DNA of 64,000 nucleotides from Candidatus Latescibacterota bacterium (GTDB taxonomy: Bacteria > Latescibacterota > UBA2968). A program made the position numbers and the translations under genes. Location of the stretch: contig OZ241986.1 in NCBI GenBank assembly GCA_965204375.1, positions 1,056,001 through 1,120,000 of the forward strand, given 5' to 3'. Of the stretch, positions 20,150 to 29,529 are shown one piece after another (within the stretch, counting starts at the first letter, position 1; every line of letters begins with the position of its first letter). Under the pieces are notes generated by a model. That model worked only from the letters and a program-made list of their open reading frames with translations, did no database searches and was not told the DNA's origin.

Positions 20150-21505
20150 ATGCGAGATCAAAAGACAGTTGCGTTTTATACGCTGGGTTGTAAGCTCAAT
20201 ACCTATGACACGCAGTGGTATGCCGAGCAGTTTGTGGCGCAGGATTATCGCGAGGTGCCATTTGGCGAGTTGGCAGATGTTACTGTGGTTAATACCTGCA
20301 CTGTGACCGGTCAAGGGGATGCGCAGTCGCGCAAGGCATTGCGCAGAGCACATCGGATTTCGCCCACAGGTACCGTGGTTGCGGTGGGGTGTTATGCACA
20401 AACCGATCCAGATGCCCTATCTGCAATGCCCGAAGTCGATCTGGTGGTCGGAACAGCTGAGCGGGCGCAACTTCTGGATTTGGTAAATAATACCTGTTCT
20501 TTGGGGCGCACATTCGTGACGCGCAGTCGCGCGGCTGATTTCCAGGATATGGATATTTACAATTTTGGAGGACGCGCCCGGGCTTTTGTCAAAATTCAGG
20601 AAGGATGCAATGAATTTTGTTCGTTTTGCATTATTCCGTTTGCGCGTGGGCGCAGTCGCAGTCGCACGATTGAGAGTACCGTATCGCAGGTCGAGAAATT
20701 GGTATCAGCGGGCTATCGAGAGGTGGTTCTGACGGGGGTGCATATTGGCGATTACGGCGTGGATTTAGAGGCACGCGATTTGTTGCAGGTGCTGGAGGCT
20801 ATTGAGGGGATCAAAGGATTGGAGCGTTTTCGCGTGAGTTCTATTGAAGCCACTTTTGTGACCGATGCCATGATCGCATTTTTTGCGTCGAGCCAGAAAT
20901 TTTGCAGACATTTGCACATTCCATTGCAAAGCGGTGATAATGGCGTGTTGAAGGCAATGCGCCGCCCCTATACGCGGGAGCAGTATATCGCGCTGATTGA
21001 AAAACTCGCGGATCGGATTCCCGATGTGGGCATTGGCGGGGATGTGATGGTGGGTTTTCCCGGTGAGTCGGATGAGGCATTTCAAAATACGCGCGATTTG
21101 ATTGCCAATCATCCCATGACGTATTTGCATGTATTTCCGTATTCGCCTCGGGGGAAAACGCCTGCAGCGCGCATGACAAATCAGGTTGATTCTCAGGTGA
21201 AAAAGCAACGCGGCGCAATACTTCGCGAATTGGGGCAGCAAAAGGTGGCGGCATTTCAAGCGGGGTTTATTGGGCGCATATTGCCCGTACTTTTTGAAAA
21301 TCGCCGCAATGGGCAGCTTTTACAGGGGTTGACCGATAATTATATCCGCGTGGTTGCGCCCGCTCCAGATGCCGCGTGCGAAGAGATTGTAGATGTGCGT
21401 TTGCAGCGGGTTGAAGACGATGTGGTCGTCGGAGAATTGGCGGGTTTCGAGCGCGAAATAGTACAGCATCACGCGCGGGAGTTGTTGCAGGTGCAAAGTG
21501 CATAA
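20150..21505 (+). CDS. mtaB: tRNA t6A37 methylthiotransferase MtaB
   Basis: TLGCKLN, NTCTVT, GCYAQ, CNEFCSFC, LHVFPYS. Confidence 0.92.
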   Translation: MRDQKTVAFYTLGCKLNTYDTQWYAEQFVAQDYREVPFGELADVTVVNTCTVTGQGDAQSRKALRRAHRISPTGTVVAVGCYAQTDPDALSAMPEVDLVVGTAERAQLLDLVNNTCSLGRTFVTRSRAADFQDMDIYNFGGRARAFVKIQEGCNEFCSFCIIPFARGRSRSRTIESTVSQVEKLVSAGYREVVLTGVHIGDYGVDLEARDLLQVLEAIEGIKGLERFRVSSIEATFVTDAMIAFFASSQKFCRHLHIPLQSGDNGVLKAMRRPYTREQYIALIEKLADRIPDVGIGGDVMVGFPGESDEAFQNTRDLIANHPMTYLHVFPYSPRGKTPAARMTNQVDSQVKKQRGAILRELGQQKVAAFQAGFIGRILPVLFENRRNGQLLQGLTDNYIRVVAPAPDAACEEIVDVRLQRVEDDVVVGELAGFEREIVQHHARELLQVQSA

Positions 21506-21523
21506 ACAGCGAGATCTGGATAG

Positions 21524-21561
21524 AAAAGGCCGATTCCGAAGGGAATTGGTCTTTTTTTTTT
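21524..21561 (+). terminator. Rho-independent terminator after mtaB
   Basis: AAAAGGCCGATTCC-GAAG-GGAATTGGTC followed by a T-run. Confidence 0.85.
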
Positions 21562-21664
21562 CGAAATTCTGAGTATATTCGAAGAGAAAGAATTTTTGCA
21601 TTTTTTAAAGGCGGTCAAGGTTGGTATGTGTTGGCGCAACGTAGCAAAATAAAGGAGTGAGATT

Positions 21665-22231
21665 ATGTCTTTTGACACAGGTGATTATGGCGGTGTTTTT
21701 GCGGAATTGATTTCCGAAAAGCGATTGAATCCACTGGATGGCGGCGAAGAGAATACCGCGGCGAAAAGCGCGCTCGACGCACTGGCTGTGCAGTCTGCTT
21801 TTGCTGGCAAAACAGTGGTAGATGAAGATATGGCACAGGCCTGTATTTCCGGTATGTGGCTGTATCACAACTTTTTAGATGCGTCTCACACCATCAGTCA
21901 GGGCATTCATACGGCGACAGGAAGTTATTGGCACGGTATCATGCACCGCCGCGAACCCGATTTTTCCAATTCAAAATACTGGTTTGGCAAAGTGGGCAAC
22001 CACGCCATTTTTGACGATTTGTGCAAGGCTGCGGCTCGCATTGCGGGTGGTGTTTCCGGTGCGCCAGAGTTTTTGACGACGCAAGCACATTGGGATGCAG
22101 GTGCCTATGTTGATCTGTGTGCAGATGCTCTGGAAGGGCGTTCTGCACACGACGCGCTTTGCCGCGAGATCCAACTGTGCGAATGGGAATTGTTATTTGA
22201 TTATTCGTATCGAAAAGCGGTTGGGGAATGA
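21665..22231 (+). CDS. Conserved hypothetical protein
   Basis: AAGGAG RBS; SHTISQ, YWHGIMHRREPDFSNSKYWF motif; function not recognised. Confidence 0.8.
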   Translation: MSFDTGDYGGVFAELISEKRLNPLDGGEENTAAKSALDALAVQSAFAGKTVVDEDMAQACISGMWLYHNFLDASHTISQGIHTATGSYWHGIMHRREPDFSNSKYWFGKVGNHAIFDDLCKAAARIAGGVSGAPEFLTTQAHWDAGAYVDLCADALEGRSAHDALCREIQLCEWELLFDYSYRKAVGE

Positions 22232-22252
22232 GTAGTCTTTAGAGGATTTGGG

Positions 22253-24877
22253 ATGGCGACGCAATTGACACCGGCAATGGAACAGTACGCGCATTTTAAG
22301 GAGCAACATCCAGATGCGATTTTGCTGTTTCGGATGGGCGATTTTTACGAGACATTTTACGATGATGCCGTTGTTGCATCTCAGCTTTTGGGATTGACGT
22401 TGACGTCGCGCAACAATGGACGTGCAGATCGCATCCCGCTGGCAGGTGTACCGTATCACGCGCTGGACACCTATCTCGCAAGGCTTATCAGAGCCGGAAA
22501 AAAGGTGGCGATTTGCGAGCAGATGGAGCCGCCTCAAAAGGGCAAAAAAGTGGTGCGCCGCGAGGTGGTGCAGGTCGTATCGCCGGGAACGGTAATGTCC
22601 GATGATTTGCTCGATCAAAAGCGCAATAATTATCTCGTGGGCATTTTTGTTTCCGGCGATCAATTGGGCCTGGCAACAGCGGATTTATCAACGGGGATGT
22701 TCAGGGCATCGGAGCGCGCGGCAGATGATTTGTGGGAGATATTGGAACGCGTGGCTCCCGCAGAGGTGCTGGCACCCGAGGCGTGGGTCAAAGACAACGA
22801 AGCCGAGTTTGAAGCGCGGATGCCGGGTGCTTTGCTCACGCATATAGAAGATTGGCACTTCGGCCAGCACTATGCGTACGATGCATTGAAGGAACATTTT
22901 AAGGTGGCGTCTCTCAAGGGCTTTGGGTGCGATGATCTCACCGTTGGGATATGCGCTGCAGGTGGGGTGCTGTGTTATTTGCGCGAAAATCAGAAGGGAG
23001 CCGTATCCCACATCACGCGATTGGCGCGGGAGCACACCGAGTCGGTGATGGAGCTGGATCTGGTGACACAGCGCAATCTGGAACTGGTGACAACGATTCA
23101 AGAGGGACGGCGCGAGGGCACGTTGTTTGGGGTTTTAGATCAGACGTGTACGCCACAGGGCGCGCGAACACTGCGTACATGGCTATCACAGCCGCTTGTA
23201 GATGTTGGTCGCATTGACGCGCGTTTAGACGCCGTGCAAGCATTTTTCGAATCTGCGGCGTGTCGGGACGAAGCTCGAGAGGCCCTGCGCCACATTGGAG
23301 ACCTGGAGCGGTTGATGTCCCGAATTTGTTGCAATCGGGCCAATCCGCGAGAGCTTGTGGCTCTCCAGCGGTCTCTGGAAGCGGTTGTTCCACTGCGAGA
23401 AACCCTGCGTGAGTTTCGCGAGGATTTGCTGGTGCGGGCGCGCGATCAGGGCATGCCGGACCTGACAGAGTTGATTGATTTGATCGCTCGCACGCTTGAA
23501 GACGATCCACCAGCACAGATTAGCGATGGCGGATATATCAGAACGGGCTATCACAAAGAACTGGACGAATTGCGGGAAATTGCATCGGGCGGGCGCGATT
23601 GGGTTGCCAACTTGCAGGCAGAGGAACGCGAGAAAACGGGTATCGCGTCGTTGAAGGTGGGGTATAATAAGGCATTTGGATATTATATCGAGGTCACCAA
23701 AGCCAATCAGGACAAGGTGCCCGCGTATTTTGTGCGCAAGCAAACGCTGGTCAATGCCGAGCGGTATATCACGCCGGAGTTGAAGGATTGGGAAGCGAAA
23801 ATTTTGGGCGCAGATGAGCGGGCCAGGGATCTCGAGCGCGATTTGTTTGCCGCGTTGCGCGAAGAGGTGGCTGGCTGGGTGGAACCCGTGCAGCGCACGG
23901 CGCTATCCGTGGCCACCGTAGATGTGTTGAGCACTCTGGCCGAGGTGGCGTCGTCCAATGATTATGTGCGTCCCCAGGTGGATGATAGCGTGCGTATTGA
24001 TGTGGAAGAAGGGCGACATCCCGCGGTTGAGCAGTTGCTTCCGGGCGGGCAGTTTGTGCCCAATGATCTGATGATTGATGGCGAGAAAGATCAAATTTTG
24101 CTGATTACTGGCCCAAATATGTCGGGAAAATCGACGATTTTGCGTCAGACCGGGTTGATTGCGCTTTTGGCGCAGGTCGGCAGTTTTGTGCCTGCGCGCG
24201 AAGCGCGTATCGGGGTGGTGGATCGCATTTTTACACGGGTGGGTGCATCCGATAATCTGGCGCGGGGCGAGAGTACATTTTTGGTGGAGATGAATGAGGC
24301 GGCGAATATTTTGAACAATGCGACGCCGAAGAGTCTGGTGCTTTTGGACGAGATTGGACGCGGGACGAGTACGTTTGATGGGTTGAGCATTGCCTGGGCC
24401 ATGACGGAGTATTTACACAATGCCGAACAGATTCAGCCGCGGACGTTGTTTGCGACGCATTATCACGAGTTGACAGAATTGGAGGATTTGCTGCCGAGGG
24501 TGGTGAATTACAGCGTTGCCGTGCGCGAGGCGGGCGATACTATCGCGTTTTTACACAAGTTGGTGCCGGGCGGGTGCGACCACAGTTACGGCATTGAGGT
24601 GGCGCGTCTGGCAGGGATGCCGGCAGAGATGATTGCGCGTGCAAAGGAGATTTTGAACCGGCTGGAGCAAAACGATCTGTCGGTGGGATCAAAGCCCCAA
24701 CCTGACCGCGTGAAGGAGAATGGGCAGATGCCTCTGTTTGCGCCGGTAGCAGAAGTGAAGGTTGAGCAGAAGGACCACCCGATGTTGTCTGAGTTGCGCG
24801 ATTTAGACATTGCCCGTCTCACACCAGTTGAGGCGCTGGTAAAATTAGATGCGTGGAAGCGGACGTTGGAAGATTGA
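22253..24877 (+). CDS. mutS: DNA mismatch repair protein MutS
   Basis: FRMGDFYE, TGPNMSGKST, DEIGRGTS, ATHYHEL, SYGIEVA. Confidence 0.98.
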   Translation: MATQLTPAMEQYAHFKEQHPDAILLFRMGDFYETFYDDAVVASQLLGLTLTSRNNGRADRIPLAGVPYHALDTYLARLIRAGKKVAICEQMEPPQKGKKVVRREVVQVVSPGTVMSDDLLDQKRNNYLVGIFVSGDQLGLATADLSTGMFRASERAADDLWEILERVAPAEVLAPEAWVKDNEAEFEARMPGALLTHIEDWHFGQHYAYDALKEHFKVASLKGFGCDDLTVGICAAGGVLCYLRENQKGAVSHITRLAREHTESVMELDLVTQRNLELVTTIQEGRREGTLFGVLDQTCTPQGARTLRTWLSQPLVDVGRIDARLDAVQAFFESAACRDEAREALRHIGDLERLMSRICCNRANPRELVALQRSLEAVVPLRETLREFREDLLVRARDQGMPDLTELIDLIARTLEDDPPAQISDGGYIRTGYHKELDELREIASGGRDWVANLQAEEREKTGIASLKVGYNKAFGYYIEVTKANQDKVPAYFVRKQTLVNAERYITPELKDWEAKILGADERARDLERDLFAALREEVAGWVEPVQRTALSVATVDVLSTLAEVASSNDYVRPQVDDSVRIDVEEGRHPAVEQLLPGGQFVPNDLMIDGEKDQILLITGPNMSGKSTILRQTGLIALLAQVGSFVPAREARIGVVDRIFTRVGASDNLARGESTFLVEMNEAANILNNATPKSLVLLDEIGRGTSTFDGLSIAWAMTEYLHNAEQIQPRTLFATHYHELTELEDLLPRVVNYSVAVREAGDTIAFLHKLVPGGCDHSYGIEVARLAGMPAEMIARAKEILNRLEQNDLSVGSKPQPDRVKENGQMPLFAPVAEVKVEQKDHPMLSELRDLDIARLTPVEALVKLDAWKRTLED

Positions 24878-24896
24878 TTTGGAGATTGATGAAATG

Positions 24897-24927
24897 AAAA
24901 AAGGCCGATATATATCGGCCTTTTTTT
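24897..24927. terminator. Bidirectional terminator between mutS and PhyH gene
   Basis: AAAAAAGGCCGATA-TA-TATCGGCCTTTTTTT palindrome between converging genes. Confidence 0.88.
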
Positions 24928-24936
24928 ATTAACGGA

Positions 24937-25782
24937 CTATTCACCGCTAATCCCGTGTTCTTCGAACCAGGCTTTGAGGGGCGCGTCTTCGGGAGTGGGG
25001 GAGGTGTAGCCGCGACCACCGGAGTAGCTGACGCCGAGGAGTTGTTTTTGGATGGGCGTGCAGCGGTCGAGGTAGTGTTCGACTCGCATGTCGTCGCGGG
25101 GGCGAAGCCAGCGGTAAGAGTAGCCGTAGAAGAGTACGCGGCGGGGTTCCTTCCAGTAGTTGGTACTGGCGGAGTGCCATAAGCGGCGGTCGAAAAATAC
25201 GGCGGATCCGGGTGGGACGAGTACCGGGATAGCATCTTTGTGCGGGGCGTTGCGGTCTTCTCCGGGAAATGTGTTTTGCGTTTGGCTTTTGGGAAGGACG
25301 TAGAAATTGCCGCGACCCGGTTCCGTTGTGTCGGTGAGAAAAAAGCCGATTTTGAGGGAGATCATGGGACGCGGGTTCATGTCAAAATCCTGATTGATGC
25401 GACCGCTGTCTTGATGGAAACCGAGGCCAGGTCCGTCTTTTTCGAGTGTTTTGTTCGGTTCTGCAGGGGGTGTCACGGTCATGTGGGTGTGGTAGAGCTG
25501 GATGTGCCAGCCCAGGATGCCCCATACTTTGGGAAATGTTTTGTACCAGTCGAGCAGGGGCAAGAAGCGGTCATCCTTGCCTATGAAGTCGTAGTGGTTG
25601 ATGCGCGCTGTGGCACTTTTGCCCATCCGAGCGCGTTCTTCTTTATCCACGCGATCTACTGCGACGACGAGATCGCTGACCATGTCGGGTGGCAGGGCGT
25701 CAGGAACGATGAAATAGCCATCCCGTTTGAATTTGCGTGCTTCTTCTTCTGTCAGGCAATAATCGAGACATTTGGGGTCCAT
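24937..25782 (-). CDS. Phytanoyl-CoA dioxygenase (PhyH) family Fe(II)/2OG oxygenase
   Basis: F.RDGYF, HQD...H iron triad (FHQDS, LWHS), GSAVFFD. Confidence 0.88.
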   Translation of the reverse strand: MDPKCLDYCLTEEEARKFKRDGYFIVPDALPPDMVSDLVVAVDRVDKEERARMGKSATARINHYDFIGKDDRFLPLLDWYKTFPKVWGILGWHIQLYHTHMTVTPPAEPNKTLEKDGPGLGFHQDSGRINQDFDMNPRPMISLKIGFFLTDTTEPGRGNFYVLPKSQTQNTFPGEDRNAPHKDAIPVLVPPGSAVFFDRRLWHSASTNYWKEPRRVLFYGYSYRWLRPRDDMRVEHYLDRCTPIQKQLLGVSYSGGRGYTSPTPEDAPLKAWFEEHGISGE

Positions 25783-25821
25783 TGTCTGGCTCCTTTTGAG
25801 ATTGGGAGGAAGAGCGTAATC

Positions 25822-26283
25822 TCACTTTTTTGTTTTACTGCGGCGCGTCAGTACATACCGATCTTCTGCGGCGCGATAATAACCTTTCACAAAGTTTCTC
25901 TCGCTAAATCCCCATTTTTCATACAGGGAAATAGCACTTTCATTTTCGGGATCTACGGTCAAAAAACAATCCACACCGATTTGATCGCAGGCGGCCAAAA
26001 TCGCGTCGAACAAAGCGGAACCAATGCCTTTGCCGCGAAAGGGATGATCCACAAATACTTTGTGCAAACAATACAGTCTGTCTGTCCCCGTGGGAAATGC
26101 CAGCACAGCACCGATCAGTTTTTCGCGCTCCCACGCACAAAATACCAGTGCGTGCTCTGTCCACAGTCGCCAGACGTGTTCTCCATCGGGAATGTACTCA
26201 GAATTCCGATTTTGTGCCCATGCTTCGCGATCCAATTTTGCGATTTCTAAAAAATCGCGCGTCTCGGCACGCTGAATATGCAT
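25822..26283 (-). CDS. GNAT family N-acetyltransferase
   Basis: VFVDHPFRGKGIG, N..AISLYEKWGF. Confidence 0.9.
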   Translation of the reverse strand: MHIQRAETRDFLEIAKLDREAWAQNRNSEYIPDGEHVWRLWTEHALVFCAWEREKLIGAVLAFPTGTDRLYCLHKVFVDHPFRGKGIGSALFDAILAACDQIGVDCFLTVDPENESAISLYEKWGFSERNFVKGYYRAAEDRYVLTRRSKTKK

Positions 26284-26388
26284 TTCAAATATCCTTGTGA
26301 ATAGCGGTTTGTACCTGTGTAGATATGGCGAAATGTTTGATGTGCGTCAAGTCATTTTCTCTGTCTTGGGGAAGATGCTTCAAAAGCA

Positions 26389-26416
26389 TTGACATTCTCA
26401 GTGCAAGTCCTATCTT
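26389..26416 (+). promoter_or_regulatory. sigma70-type promoter
   Basis: TTGACA-N16-TATCTT about 100 nt upstream of 26515. Confidence 0.5.
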
Positions 26417-26514
26417 CAGAAGTGGTCGGCAATTATGAGTTCATCCACTTTCAGCTTTTGGCCCTTTGTTTTGCCGACCGATAGCGGCTAAGAGCTACTA
26501 ATCGGGAGATAAAA

Positions 26515-27276
26515 ATGAAGTTGGGTATTGTCACGTATCAAATCGCTGCGGATTGGGATGTTTCCACTATTATTGAAACCTGTGCCGAACTCGGTTATAG
26601 CGGTGTCGAATTGCGTACTACGCATGCTCACGGCGTTGAATCAGACCTTTCGGCGGGCCAACGGCAGGATATCCGCAAACAATTTGAAGATGGCGGTGTC
26701 GAAATCGCGGGTTTGGGTTCGGCGTTTGAATACCATTCGGATGATCCCGGTGTTGTGCGCGAAAATATCGATGGCACTATTGAATACGCCAAACTCGCCG
26801 CCGATCTGGGTTGCCCGGGCGTTAAGGTGCGCCCCAATGGCCTGCAAACCGAGAAGGGCATTTCGGTGGATCAAACACTCGAACAAATTGGGAAATCTGT
26901 GCGCGAATGCGCGATTGCCGCTGATGATCTGGGGGTACAAATCCGGGTGGAAGTACACGGGCGAGAAACGCAAAAGCCGGCGTATATGCGCACCATTATG
27001 GATTGGGCAGATCACGACAATGCAAAGATATGCTGGAACTCGAATTTAGGCGAAGTTGAAGATGGGTCTATCAAAGCCAATTTTGACCTGCTCAAACACA
27101 AAATCGGTCTGGTACACATCACCGAATTGTGCAATCCGGACTATCCCTGGCGCGAACTCTTTTCTCTTCTCAATGCCGAAGGCTATGCGGGATATACGCT
27201 GGCTGAAATCCCCGGTAGCTCAGATGCCGAGCGTCTGCTGCGATATTACAAGGCACTGTGGGAAGCGTATCAGTAG
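26515..27276 (+). CDS. Sugar phosphate isomerase/epimerase (xylose isomerase-like TIM barrel)
   Basis: GYSGVELR, AADLG, EVH, VHI, GY.G...AE pattern. Confidence 0.85.
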   Translation: MKLGIVTYQIAADWDVSTIIETCAELGYSGVELRTTHAHGVESDLSAGQRQDIRKQFEDGGVEIAGLGSAFEYHSDDPGVVRENIDGTIEYAKLAADLGCPGVKVRPNGLQTEKGISVDQTLEQIGKSVRECAIAADDLGVQIRVEVHGRETQKPAYMRTIMDWADHDNAKICWNSNLGEVEDGSIKANFDLLKHKIGLVHITELCNPDYPWRELFSLLNAEGYAGYTLAEIPGSSDAERLLRYYKALWEAYQ

Positions 27277-27368
27277 AAGTGTGAAGGATGAAGTGTGAAG
27301 GGTGAAGAAGCACTCGTCTTGGGGGGTGTTGGATGGACTTCTTACTTCTCACTTTTTACTTTTCACTT
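27275..27368. repeat. Inverted pair of degenerate heptamer arrays
   Basis: AGAAGTG TGAAGGA TGAAGTG TGAAGGG TGAAGAA then ACTTCTT ACTTCTC ACTTTTT ACTTTTC ACTT. Confidence 0.7.
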
Positions 27369-27397
27369 ATCGGGGATTTGGGGCTGGCGGGGTCTGT

Positions 27398-28105
27398 ATG
27401 AGCGTACAAAAAGAAATTTACGCCCTCAAACGCGAACTCGCCGCGCGTTATCAACTCGGCGAAGAACACCACAATATTTGCGGGCGCAAAATAGGTGTGA
27501 CTTGTGTTGAAGATGCCGAAGCACTCTTTGACAAACTGGGGATGGCCGATCCCGATAGTTTTGAAGTACGGGACGAACGCCTGCCGTATTGGGCAACGCT
27601 TTGGGATTCTGCGCTTATTTTGTCCGATGTTCTGCTCGCGGATGATCTAATTATGCCGGGCGAATCCGTGCTTGAACTCGGCTGTGGATTGGGCCTTGTC
27701 TCATCTATTGCCTGTCTCAAACGCGCGCGTGTCACTGCCACGGATTACCAGCCCGATGCACTCAAGTTTGCACAACTCAACGGGTTGCAAATTGCCGGCG
27801 TCGCTCCAGGGACAATGCTCATCGACTGGCGCGCCCCGCCGCAAGATCAACACTATGCCACCTTGTTGGGCGCAGACCTCGTGTACGAACCGCGCTTTTT
27901 CAATCCTCTCATCGCCACATTCGACGCCCTTCTCGCACCGGGAGGGCGCGTTTTATTTTCTGAACCCAATCGCATTTTAGGCAGACCTTTTTTTGATCGT
28001 CTGCTCAATGCGGGCTGGGCGTTTTCCATTATAACCGAGCGGGAGGAGGGGACAGTATATGAGATTAAGAGGCGTGAGAAGCAACCACAGAAAAAACGCG
28101 AGTGA
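27398..28105 (+). CDS. Methyltransferase, Methyltransf_16 (METTL21-like) family
   Basis: PYWATLWDSA, VLELGCGLGL, TDY, GADLVYE. Confidence 0.85.
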   Translation: MSVQKEIYALKRELAARYQLGEEHHNICGRKIGVTCVEDAEALFDKLGMADPDSFEVRDERLPYWATLWDSALILSDVLLADDLIMPGESVLELGCGLGLVSSIACLKRARVTATDYQPDALKFAQLNGLQIAGVAPGTMLIDWRAPPQDQHYATLLGADLVYEPRFFNPLIATFDALLAPGGRVLFSEPNRILGRPFFDRLLNAGWAFSIITEREEGTVYEIKRREKQPQKKRE

Positions 28106-28139
28106 GCGGTGTACAACCATATCTGTTTCCGTTCACAGG

Positions 28140-28314
28140 TGTAGCAAGATTACCACAGCTGTGGTTCTTATACTACACTATATAAGTTAATCAATGGTAA
28201 GGCGATAAATTCTGAATTGAAAAATGGTGGCTATAACTCATTGATAATTATAAATATATAATTTCTAAATTTCATACTCATACAGCACTGTAATTAAGTG
28301 GCACGATTTTTGAT
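28140..28314 (+). promoter_or_regulatory. sigma54-type promoter with IHF site and tandem activator sites
   Basis: TGT-N12-ACA at 28140-28157 and 28160-28177; IHF consensus TATCAATGAGTTA on minus strand 28234-28246; TGGCACG-N4-TTGA at 28299-28313. Confidence 0.65.
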
Positions 28315-28403
28315 GTTGTCAAAAGTCAGGAGGGAATTAAAGAGGCTGAAAGACCTGTTGACCAGCATTGGAAGTATTCCAAAAAAAATAATAGATTTGG
28401 GGG

Positions 28404-29516
28404 ATGTTCATGAACAAGGTTAAATTTTATGTTATCTCCTTATGCTTTCACATCTTCCTTTTTCTTCTGATCGGAGCTTTCACACTCCGCGATCGCGAGA
28501 TTCACCAGGTGCCTGTAATTTGGGAACTTGCTGATCATGAAAAAGCAAAACCGATTCCTTCATTGGACATAGCTGCTGGTCCAGTACCAAAAGTGGAGGC
28601 CATATCTTCGGAACCCCAAAGCGCATCCTCGCCCCAAAAAACCAATTCTACTGACGGGCTTCGTAAATTGAACGTGACTTCTGATCCAGTAGTAAGAGCC
28701 GAAGCAATATCCTCGAAAGAAAAAAACACATTTGTCAAAAAAGCCGATTCTGCTGAGGTAGATACTGTTCATACTTTGCAGCAAGAGTTTCCCAAATCTA
28801 TTATGTTTGCAAAACGGCCAAATATGAAAAAAATCCTGGGGCTGGATAGACGATTAAAAAATTATTTTTTACAGGATGCAACGCCTCCCAAAATGAGCAC
28901 GGAAAGCGTGATAGCACAGCGGTTGTCTGCAATAAAAATAAAATACCAACTCCACCTGGACAATCCCCACCCGGACAATCGCAGTTGGAGATACCGCATT
29001 TTAGGTGCAAGTACGGAAGTAGCGGCATTTTATGCGGCTAAGGCCGCAGATAAACCCGTAGCGATGGTCGCTGTTGCGACATACTCATTGACTGTGGGAT
29101 CTATTGGAGAAAGTATGCGGGCAATGGGCAAAGCACTGTGGCGACGTGCTAAAACACCTCGCGGTCTGTACTTAGATGATCGAGAAATCGACATTATGGA
29201 ACAGGTTTGGATGCATGAAAAGGTCTCGGTACGCGACCTTTATCTGGCGCTTTCATCCGAGCGGACGGTTAAAACGCTTCAGAAGAAACTCAAGGATCTC
29301 GTTGATCGCGGTCTTCTGGTGTATAGAGGCAAAGGACACAAGGCAATGTACAGCGCACAAGTTGATCCTGATCAGGTAATGAATACCATGATTGCCAAAC
29401 TCAGCTTCGAAGATGTGAAAGCAAAAGCCAGAATTTTTCGATTGGCCGAAATTCGGGCTGATGGTCTTCAACAGATAGACAAATTGAGTTTCCCAGATTT
29501 TCATCTGAAAAATTAG
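28404..29516 (+). CDS. Membrane-anchored protein with C-terminal BlaI/MecI/CopY-like winged-helix domain
   Basis: N-terminal TM helix with SLCFH; C-terminal EIDIMEQVW...VSVRDLY...TLQKKLKDLVDRGLL...YSA. Confidence 0.7.
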   Translation: MFMNKVKFYVISLCFHIFLFLLIGAFTLRDREIHQVPVIWELADHEKAKPIPSLDIAAGPVPKVEAISSEPQSASSPQKTNSTDGLRKLNVTSDPVVRAEAISSKEKNTFVKKADSAEVDTVHTLQQEFPKSIMFAKRPNMKKILGLDRRLKNYFLQDATPPKMSTESVIAQRLSAIKIKYQLHLDNPHPDNRSWRYRILGASTEVAAFYAAKAADKPVAMVAVATYSLTVGSIGESMRAMGKALWRRAKTPRGLYLDDREIDIMEQVWMHEKVSVRDLYLALSSERTVKTLQKKLKDLVDRGLLVYRGKGHKAMYSAQVDPDQVMNTMIAKLSFEDVKAKARIFRLAEIRADGLQQIDKLSFPDFHLKN

Positions 29517-29529
29517 GTGATGATGGAGT

